64,000 nucleotides of DNA from Macrostomum lignano. Taxonomy: Eukaryota. Made by a program: the position numbers and the translations under genes. The DNA is taken from NCBI GenBank assembly GCA_002269645.1, contig NIVC01000449.1, positions 62,001-126,000 on the forward strand, in the 5' to 3' direction. Below are positions 54,922 to 64,000 of the stretch, piece by piece. How positions within the stretch are numbered: position 1 is the first letter of the stretch; each line of letters opens with the position of its first letter. The notes under the pieces were generated by a model that was not told the origin of the DNA, ran no database searches, and was given only the letters and a program-made list of their open reading frames with translations.

Positions 54922-56584
54922 TCAGTCTGAATCAGCCTTCCTTTTCCGGCCTCGACGTTGCGACGCTACTTTGAGGACTCCGGCTGCTGCATCAAGTCTG
55001 TCGAACTTCACCAGTCTCATCCGACTGAGCTTGGCGTGAGTCCAGCTGTCTCTCTGCTCCGCTGCCGTTTCCATGGCAACCAGGCGCCCCAAGTCGGTCC
55101 CATCTCGCCTCAGCCTCGCCCTCGCCCACAGCCTCCGCTCCTCATCTTCCCTGCTGCGGTGAGCGCCGCTGTCGCTGCCGCTGCGGTTCGAAACTCGCCA
55201 CCGCTTCTGCCTGACCCAGCCGATCTTCTCCTCGTCCTGCGTCTCCATGGCGACGCGTCTCTCTTTCTCGATCATCTCCATCTGCTGCAGGCTGAGCTCC
55301 ACGTGCTCGCGGCAGTCACTGTAGTGAGCCAGAGTGAGCAGCTCCTCCAAGTCCGGGTCTCCAAGCAGCTGTTCAATCCAATGATCGAATGCGATTGCAG
55401 GTGCGCGATTGCGGAGCAGCTCAGCTTGGAGACTCCAGCTCAGGCAGCGGAAGTTCACGTACAGGTGGGAGGAGAGAGGCTGCGGCAGTCTGGCTGTGAA
55501 CAGAGTCTGCGTGAACTCGGGAAGGAATGGGAAGCGAGGCGGAGAGTCGCAGGGGAGGCAGAACCTCCACGCCCAGTCTGAGTCTACTGGCAGCATTATA
55601 TCATACGACTCGGAGTGTGGCTTCAATCCTGAGTGAACCTGATGTCTCTGCAGCTCCATCGCGAGTCTCTCAGCCTTCTCAGATTCTCCGAACTTCAAAT
55701 GCGCCATGGCGGTCATGCACAAGGACGGCGCACTTGCACCACTGCAGCTCATGCAGGAGACTGAGCTGCCTCATCAGGGTGTCTCTGTCGCTCGATTCCG
55801 ACTGCAGCTTGCTCACACACTGGTGCACCACACTGTACACGTCTGCAAACTTGTAGTACCTTTCTCGATAGTCAGTTTCTTCCCTGATCTCCGTGACAGC
55901 AGGCGGCGCTGTCAGAGGCAGCAGAGTGAACGGGTGAAAGTGGAACTTCTCTGACTGCAGAGGTCTCACGAGTCTCCTCAGCTGCTCGACCACTCCGCCG
56001 ATGTCGCTCCTCACCTCACAAAGTCGGTCTCGAACCCTCGCCTTCGTATTGTCGAAGACGCCGCCGATTCCAGCGTTCTTGAAGTAGAGCGGAGCGTCGG
56101 GCATGAAGAAGTGCGGCATGCACTCATCGGGCGAGCTGCTCGAGTCGATGAAGCTCAGCATCATGTCGAGTAACTCCTTAAGCAGAGCGATCAGATTGTG
56201 GGGCTGCCAAGCCTCAGTTTCAGGATCTGTGCCATGCTTCGCCAGCATTGTGAAAAGCAGAGTTTTTGCATGGTAGGTCTTGAGTCCAGGTGTGTCCAGA
56301 GTGAGCGGCAAGTGTCTTGAAGATGAACTTGATGAGTGTGAACAGCTGGCCCTGAACTGTGCTCAGCTGTCTCATGATGTCTTTCTCTTGGAAGCTGAAG
56401 CTCACTCTGAGCTCCTTGTTCGAGCTCGGTTTGGTCGCCCGAACGAGATGAACTTTGCCACCAATATAAGAATGCAGTATTTTATTTCTGACTTCACCAG
56501 AAGTGCTGCAGCACTGGATCGCATGGCACGTGTCCTGTGCAGGCCGCACACCGCACGCCGTGGCTGTCACTGCAGGTTGGCTGC
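54922..56584 (-). CDS. Mab-21/cGAS-like C-lobe plus helical tail, terminal exon with two frameshifts (near 56312 and 55725)
   Basis: ctctgcag|GC phase 1; QDTCHAIQC, LRVSFSFQEKDIM...QLFTLIKFIFK, LKTYHAKTLLF, CMPHFFMP are Mab-21 family motifs spread over three frames; TGA ends at 54922. Confidence 0.75.
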
Positions 56585-56875
56585 CTGCAGAGCGCAGTGA
56601 GCGGAGAGTCGCTTTGTGGCGAGTGAAAAAGATGGGTTGGTTTGAAACTGCCTGAATGCATGTGTTAGTTAAGTTCGGTCTGCATTGTGTCACTACTACT
56701 TTAATTACGAGTAATTAACATTAGAGAACCAGAAAAAAATCGTTGCGATGCTTGCAGGGGCGTTACTATCTAGTTGAGAAGGATAAAACAGTGCAGGTTT
56801 AGGAGTTTTTTGGTAATTTAAGATTATTTGGCATGCGAATCTTAGCATTCTGATGATGAACCCAGCCTCACTCAC

Positions 56876-57237
56876 CTGCTCCCACTGCCACCTGTGCGTG
56901 GCCCTCCCTGACCTGCAGCCGAGTGGCGTCTCCGCAGGAACCCTTTTCGTCGCAGCCACCTTCCAGATGGAACTCCTGGCCAGCAATCAGCACAGTCCAG
57001 TCAATGTCCGAGTCTGCAGCTGTCCTGCCGTTCACTTGCACCAGACTGTTGGCCCAGCCCTCTGCGTAGCTGCCCGTCATCCGCCTGTGTTCCTGTGTGA
57101 GGACTTGAGCGACGTCTTCCAGCCATTCAGCCAGTCTCTGCTGACACTTTGCTCTCTGCTCGGTAAATCCCGCATCGCTGAGCAGTCGATGCAGCTCCTC
57201 GCTCAGGCGTCTGTCTTGCTGGAAGTCGTCTGAGAGC
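56876..57237 (-). CDS. Mab-21/cGAS-like nucleotidyltransferase N-lobe exon
   Basis: cattccag|G acceptor (phase 2); TGSYAEG...DSDIDW NTase motif; donor G|gtgagt, phase 1. Confidence 0.8.
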
Positions 57238-57497
57238 CTGGAATGATCCGAGATGCATGTTGGTGAGTTGGATGGTCGAAACAAGCAGGAGAGCTGAGAG
57301 TGCAGCTGCTGTAGCACTCAGTCCAACCCAATCTCAACCCGGCCGAGTTTCGCTGCAATTTTTGCCCCAAGCTGCCAGCCTGTTGGAAGGCGCAATGCGG
57401 CAGTGAAAGCCGAATGTGAAATGACTCACCGATGGAAGCCCCAATCCAAGTGGTGAGCGGCTGCCTGCCAGGCCTCTGGGCTTCTGCAATGCGGGAA
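57230..57497. repeat. Diverged dispersed duplicate of ~59130-59416
   Basis: Shared blocks GGAATGATCCGAGATGC, GGAGAGCTGAGAGTGCAGCTGCTG, AAGCTGCCAGCCTGTTGGAAGGCGCAATGCGGCAGTGAAAGCCGAA and GGGCTTCTGCAATGCGGGAA. Confidence 0.9.
57430..57483 (-). CDS. 54-nt phase 2-2 linker exon (copy 2)
   Basis: cccgcattgcag| ... CG|gtgagt; SPEAWQAAAHHLDWGFHR; phases match the flanking ANK and NTase exons. Confidence 0.7.
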
Positions 57498-58147
57498 CGG
57501 AAAGGGCAGTTGCTTGATTAATCTTCAAATAATCAGTTTTCAGTATCTTTTAAATAATTTATCGAAAAAAATATAACCCTTTCAGCTTCAACAGTCAGCT
57601 ATAAAAGTGTGTTGTGAGCCCCGTCCTCCAGAGCGACGCCTACAGCTGAACCCTGTTCGGGAAGCTGAGACCCCCAGGTCCCCAGTTTGAGCTCCCGTCT
57701 CGCGCCCTAGGAAGAAGCAGGAAAAGGACAGAACAGAACTCACGAGCTTCCGCGTAAAAAGCGATGCAGTTCGCACTTGCAATGGTAAACAGGTAAATTT
57801 GTTTTGACGCAGCCAACGATAGGACCAAGAGAACGCAAGGCCGCGTCTGCCCACTAGACAGCAATTCATTATATTTATTATCTGACCTACGAGTGCATGA
57901 ATAATTTTAGAACAAATGTACGGTGCTGTAGGGGGGGGGGAAGGAGCGAGGTGGCGTGATCGGCGTTCGCATTGATTATTGAGAAGAAAGGAGGGGTGGG
58001 GCGGACTGGAAGGGTTGGGGCGGGGCACGGGCGAAAAAGGGCACGATTGCACAACAAGTGATAATATTTTTTTAAAATTAAGGGTCCGCCAGAAACCAGA
58101 AATTCTAAAAATGTTTCTAAAATTTGCGAAATTCTACCCTCACTCAC

Positions 58148-59140
58148 CCTGCTCCACTGGCATCCAGCAGACGCAGCACCTGCCGCTGCTCAAATCGCTG
58201 TGCCACCTGCGCACACGTCAGACCCCGACCGTCTCGATGACTCGCATCCGCTCCTCTGTCCTTCAGTGCCTTGGCTGCTCGCACGTGACCGGCTTCGCAC
58301 GCTCGTGACAGAGCAGTCCGACCCTGACTGTCTTCAGCACCCAATGACGCACCGAGATCGATGAGTTTCTCAATGAGCTCGTGATGACCTGCATCAGCTG
58401 CCAGCATGAGAGCAGTGGCTCCAGTGCTGTCTGGCAGATCGACATGCTGTGTGCTGACTCGCTCATCCTTGATCAGTGTGACAGCAAGAGCGACGTGTCT
58501 TTGAGAGATGGAGAGACGGAGCAGCTGTGTGATGTGAGCTGGCTGCATTCGTGAGAGGGTTTTGGTGAGAACAGAGTTCCTGCCTTCGATGGCTTTTGCT
58601 GCAGTGAAGCTGAGGATGGTGTTGGATTGGAAGAGCCAGTCGGGCTCGAGGCCGAGGGAGGCAACGACATCCTCGCGAAGACGAGAGCAAGCCGCGACAG
58701 CGCATTCAAAACGGAGATTCGCTTTGTTATCCGGACTTGATAGACTCGAAATTAGGAACTTTACGACTTTTCCTTGATTCGATTCTGTAGCAGCAGATTT
58801 GGCAGCGTCGATGCAGCACTGATCTCTTTTTGGTTGGTCAGCGACTGTGTGGACGAGAAACTTGACGAGTTCTAAGTGACCATTTCTTGCAGCAGATTTG
58901 GCAGCTTGGATGCAGCAGCGATCTCTTTCTTCTTGGTCAGTGACTGTATGGATGAGAAACTTAACGTCTTCCAAGCGACCATTTTTTGCAGCTTTTTTAG
59001 TTGGCGAGACGTGATTGAATGCACATGGGTATACTGTATTGTATTGTAATTGTACGTCTTCGCTGATCATCCTCCTGGAGCCACTGGAGATTACACGACG
59101 CCAGCTTGTGCCAGGAGCCAGGAGAGAGTCGTCTGAAAGT
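58148..59140 (-). CDS. Ankyrin-repeat exon of an ANK-Mab-21/cGAS-like protein
   Basis: Canonical ANK motifs GATALMLAADAGHHELIEKLIDLGA and GRTALSRACEAGHVRAAKALKDRGAD, plus degenerate AARNGHLELVKFL repeats; acceptor ccaccag|A, donor GG|gtgagt (phase 2). Confidence 0.85.
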
Positions 59141-59348
59141 CTGGTGGAATGATCCGAGATGCGTGTGGGAGATTTGCTTAGAGTTGGATAGACAGAAAAA
59201 CCAGGAGAGCTGAGAGTGCAGCTGCTGCATCACTCCATAAGTCTATCCCAATCTCAGCCTTCTTGAGTTTAGCCGAAATTTCTGCCCTAAGCTGCCAGCC
59301 TGTTGGAAGGCGCAATGCGGCAGTGAAAGCCGAACTGGTCAGACTCAC

Positions 59349-59402
59349 CTATGGAGGCTCGAATCCGAGCGGTGAGCGGCTGTCTGCCGGGCCTCAGGGC
59401 TT
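59349..59402 (-). CDS. 54-nt phase 2-2 exon (copy 1) of the ANK-Mab-21 gene
   Basis: cccgcattgcag| ... |gtgagt; reads SPEARQTAAHRSDSSLHR; paralogous to 57430-57483. Confidence 0.55.
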
Positions 59403-60262
59403 CTGCAATGCGGGAAGAAAAATTAGGTGTGATGGATTGAACTTTGAAGGCATAAACTGGCTTGCTCTGATTTGGCCATACTTTGGCGCTGCAATTAGAA
59501 AATTATAATTGGCCTCAAAATAGTCAAAACACTCTTAGAATGCATCACTCGTGTCGTCCTGCACGAACATCAAAATTAAAAAATCGGCTTTCACAAAATT
59601 TCGCGAGTGTAGCGTCCTGATGTACTGCTACGAGCGTACGAGTAGTTATTGTTGTCAGAATTAACTTGCACGAAGTGGTTAAACAACGATATTAATTGTT
59701 TTGAATGTGTCTTGTTTCAGCAATAGTACAATTACCAATAATTACTTCGTTCTAGGATTCTATGATGCTTAAAACGTGCTTTTTAACTTGAAAGGTAAAA
59801 CCACATGATCTATAGGATCATCTCATTTTTACCTTTTTATAACTAATTGTGATACGAGTATTTTGGTGAAACTTTTGCGCTGTTGTGAAATATTTAGTGT
59901 TAAATTGGCTGTTTGGCACCTTAAATTTAATTTTTAACACAAAATTCTCTCTATTATCTGAACGCGACACCTGCAGCTCCTTCCACAGTGCACCCAGTGT
60001 GCCCACAGCACCCAATACTCCCACAGCTCCTAGTGCACCTCAGTTTATGCAGAAGAATCTTACCTCGTCATTACTTGTAACTCTCAACAACAACAACAAC
60101 AGCAACAACAACAGCATGGTCTTCGGGATGGTCTTCGGGATGGTCTTCGTCAGCGTATTGGTTTGATGGAGTTGGAAGCCCTCAGGAAGGAGAACATGGT
60201 GGTGAGGTTCCTAAGGGCGGCCCACCCGCAGTGGATCGCCTGATGGTTCCGGGCCGAGGACA

Positions 60263-60273
60263 CACACACACAC

Positions 60274-60319
<46 letters not shown>
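60263..60319. repeat. (CA)n then (AAC)n microsatellite
   Basis: Direct reading. Confidence 0.9.
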
Positions 60320-61603
60320 ACGTATAGTAGGTTGGGAATTTTTAGAGTTATAAGCTGACGTTGTTAATTTTGCGATATCTTTGGGGCGTAATGAATTTGT
60401 ACGAGCTATAGAATTTATGGGATTATGTAAGAAGGTCTTCGAAGTAAGTCGACCCTTTTTATAGACTTTTTTAGAATAATATAGAGAATAATCCGAGCAT
60501 AGATAAATAGCAATTTATTGGGAAGTCAAAAAACTCAGAAGCCCCCTCATGCCTTCTACTGGAGAGATTAGAGGTGATACTACGAGTGAAATAAGGGTGA
60601 TAAGAGAGAGTGGAGAGGAAAGAGGGAAAGATGAGAGATGAGCGAAGATACAGAATGGAAAGGAGAGCACTGCTATGCTATATGATGCTGCACTATCATA
60701 TTTTCAATATCTGTCGAAGCACTGCACTCTTAAGACTGCAAGACTATTCTAATTTGGCATGTCAATCCAGAAAATCTCCATAGTCTTATTTAAAAAGAAG
60801 ATGCTAAGCAAAATCAGTTTAAAGCTTAGTCGTGAACAAAAGAAAGTGCACTTACTGGTACGCTGGTCAGACTGAAGGAATTATAATTGGCAAGATCAAG
60901 CTTGCAGGAGCAAGGCAGAGACAAGGCAGGCATATAAAGTCTATGGAGTCGACGATACAAGAGCAGCAGAGTTGGGCCGGGTTTACAGTTCCCCTCAAAA
61001 GAAAGAAAGATCCAGAGTGGAAAGCAGGAGAGACAACCATGCACACTGAGGACTCCTTTGTCATGCGATGGTCCGCAAATACGAGTAAAGCTGGCGCGGA
61101 GAGTAGTTGATCATAGCTCATACGAGCTACATCGATCGAGGACTGCTATTGATTCACCCCAGGGTGAGTCAAGCAGGGGTTGCACACTGGAGCGTGACAG
61201 AGACGCAGACAGTTTTTGGTGCAATTTGCGATTCTCTACCAAGTCTGCCAAGGCGCCACTCTGCTAGGCTGGCTGTCTGATCTGCCCTGTCTACTCCGCG
61301 AGCTCTCCTAAACTGCGGAGCCACTCTTCTTCATTATCTGCAAAGGCAAACTATTTGCGAATCTGCTGCTGATGAGCAAGATTATCGATGGCGATTGTTT
61401 TGAGGGTTGCGATAACATTTAAAGTGGTTCTACATTATTAAATTTAATTTTGCCCGACATAACTGCAATCTTGAGTTCATCTAGGTAAATACTGATGAGG
61501 TTTACATACATGCAGCTGAATATATAAAAACAAACAACCTAGCTTAATTACTAAGGCAAATTTTAATAATTTTCAACAAAAAACTTACAGGCGGATTCGA
61601 GAG

Positions 61604-62008
61604 CACAGCACCAAGGGGCGCCAGCACCAAGGGGCGCCAGCACCAAGGGGCGCCAGCACCAAGGGGCGCCAGCACCAAGGGGCGCCAGCACCAAGGGGCG
61701 CCAGCACCAAGGGGCGCCAGCACCAAGGGGCGCCAGCACCAAGGGGCGCCAGCACCAAGGGACACCAGCACCAAGGGGCGCCAGCACCAAGGGGCGCCAG
61801 CACCAAGGGGCGCCAGCACCAAGGGGCGCCAGCACCAAGGGGCGCCAGCACCAAGGGGCGCCAGCACCAAGGGGCGCCAGCACCAAGGGGCGCCAGCACC
61901 AAGGGGCGCCAGCACCAAGGGGCGCCAGCACCAAGGGGCGCCAGCACCAAGGGGCGCCAGCACCAAGGGGCGCCAGCACCAAGGGGCGCCAGCACCAAGG
62001 GGCGCCAG
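61604..62008. repeat. 16-mer AGCACCAAGGGGCGCC array, ~25 copies
   Basis: Direct reading. Confidence 0.95.
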
Positions 62009-64000
62009 TTACCTGCAGCTGGGCTAACATTAATCGTTTTTTTCTATCTCATCTGCGCATTTTTTGTGTGGTAGCTGTTTTAGCTTTTATGCTTGCGTGT
62101 GTGTGTGCATATTTCGCAAATAGTGGCATCATTAATAATTTACGAGCTAGGTCTCATTGCGGCCTCTGTCGCCAGGCGCGGCGGGAGAAGAAAGAAGGTG
62201 GGCAACACGGGCAAACTCAGATGTTGTTTTAGACGGAGAAGCCTAATGGAGAATAATTACTAGATGATGTAATTATTTAATTGACATACCCTAGGCTGCA
62301 TAAAAACACGTATACAACCCCAAGGTTCTGGTGCTGTTAAAGGTATTGTAGCCACCAGGCCTCGTTCCCTAGGACTTTATTGTTCGCCTATCTGCGCGTT
62401 GAGTTAATTTTTAGAACGGAGATAATAGTTTACGAATATATTATGAGTCATGACGGAATATATAGATTGTGAGCATTGGGGGAGACCAGGATGACGACGT
62501 CGATACCCAAGGGCAGCGCAACAGAGGATTGAAACGGAAGCGACAAGAAAGAATCACAAGAAATGGTGCACGGGAGGCAGGACGGAAGGCACAAGAAGAG
62601 AGTGTAACAACTGTAAAACGTGGATCAGTAAGACTAACTACGCAAGACACAGGAAGAAGTGCGCGGAGGAGCCCCATGCAAGGGAAGGACCGAGGACGAA
62701 CGACGAAGCGGCGAGAACGATAGCAAGGATCCACAAAAGGAAGAGAGCAGAATGTCGATACTGTAAGAGATGGCTGTCAGCAACCAACATGGCACGGCAC
62801 GAGAGAGCATGCGGCGAGTAACAGAAGAAGAGGAAACGTCCGAGACACAGGGTGCCACCTACGCCGGGAGGCGAAAAAAAGGTGGAAGAAGAAGAAGAAG
62901 AGAACAGAGGATTGAAGAATGTCTTAACAGACGCGGCCGACGGGCAGGGCTGCTTAATTAGCGTAGTGATCATCGGATGGTCACGGCGGCGACTGCAGTA
63001 CATCACACGGGCGATCGAACTCTCGGATTTTTGTGGGTGTTAGTGGAAGTCGCAAACGATGAGTAAAGGAAAGACTAGTTAGTGGTGCATGGCCATGCTC
63101 AATGAGAAATCATGATCCAAATGTCTCTGCATTGTGCAACTTATATAAAGACAGTCTCAGCGACTGTCTGGAACAGCTAAGTCGCCGCCGTGAGCATCCG
63201 ACAACCACCGCGCCAATAAGCAGCCCTGCCCGTCGGCCGCGTTAAGATATTCTTCCTCTGCTGCCCTGCCCTTGGGTATTGTCGTCAGCCTGGTCTCCTT
63301 CATTGCTCACCATTTAATATTCCGTCTTAACCCAAATTACCCTGGTACCTACATGTACTTTGGTCTTCTGCACGTTCGGCGCGCGTGTCCGCTGCCACCG
63401 TCGGACTACGAGTATCCGCCGCATGATCGAGGAAGGCGCGCATCCACGTGCAGGCAGTTTGTCACGCAGGCAATTGTCGTGCATGCAGCAGGCAGTTTGT
63501 GCGCATGCAGGCAATAATAATTGTTGTCGTGCTATCTCTATTGAAATACAGGGTGGCCCACGTAACGCGCCTGATTTAAAGCGTTAATTAAATAACTTTT
63601 TTCATTCGCTACCAATGTTGACAAATTTTTAACACAACGTTGCCAGCTCTTGCTGTGCAAACTCTAGGCTATTCTCCAAATCCTCCTCGTGCAACGCCTG
63701 CACCACCTGCATCTAAAGCCGTGCAGGATGCGCTGGACGGTGCTACGGCTTTAATTCTCAGGCGCGTTGTACGTGGGCTACCCTGTACATGTATATAGAA
63801 CCGATCGATATTTTGATGAGGACCCACCTTTTTTCAATCTTAGAACCGCACTTTTTGCTTCGATGCGCTTTTCCCCTACTGTCAGTAGGCTAGTTTGGGA
63901 ATTTCTCTCTGTTCTCTCACCTAGGCTAAGTTCTATACTAATTTATAACATTTATAATTAATTTGTAACTATTAATTATCTTATATACTCAATGTACTTA

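Noticed and set aside
57640-57715. Possible extra minus-strand exon (cttcttcctag|GGCGCGAG) in the ANK-to-linker intron
   Set aside because: No phase-2 donor found, and the flanking exons already join in frame.
59971-60117. Possible upstream minus-strand exons 60117-60064 ([18 protein letters not shown]) and 60029-59971 that phase-match the 54-nt exon
   Set aside because: The Leu run derives from an (AAC)n microsatellite, it needs a 34-nt intron, and a signal peptide is implausible for a cytosolic NTase. Unsupported without cDNA.
62441-63587. Short charged ORFs near the window end
   Set aside because: Low-complexity purine-rich sequence with no domain motif or consistent splice structure.

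Overview
Eukaryotic (animal) genomic DNA with GC-rich, polyQ/polyA-rich exons and introns packed with micro- and minisatellites. The style suggests a free-living flatworm such as Macrostomum, but this is inference only. (1) About 0.7-52.8 kb (+) holds the 3' part of a dystrophin/utrophin orthologue. Ten spliced exons could be chained with consistent GT-AG phases: spectrin repeats, WW, EF-hands, ZZ, two syntrophin-binding sites, coiled coils and an ancestral-type C-terminus (stop 52792-52794). Its largest intron hides a 1.6-1.8 kb low-complexity exon that is either an alternative first exon or a phase 1-1 cassette. Its introns also contain a tRNA-Ser(UGA), a 157-bp hAT-type MITE with an 8-bp TSD, and about 30 tandem-repeat arrays. 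(2) 54.9-59.4 kb (-), tail-to-tail with dystrophin, holds a spliced gene fusing ankyrin repeats to a Mab-21/cGAS-like nucleotidyltransferase with an apparently intact catalytic triad and a long helical tail. This candidate ANK-cGLR innate immune sensor is the most interesting item. It has an internally duplicated exon-intron module and two frameshifts. Five frameshifts across both genes point to assembly indels, though pseudogenisation of the cGLR cannot be excluded. Most long ORFs in the supplied track are artefacts of tandem repeats.
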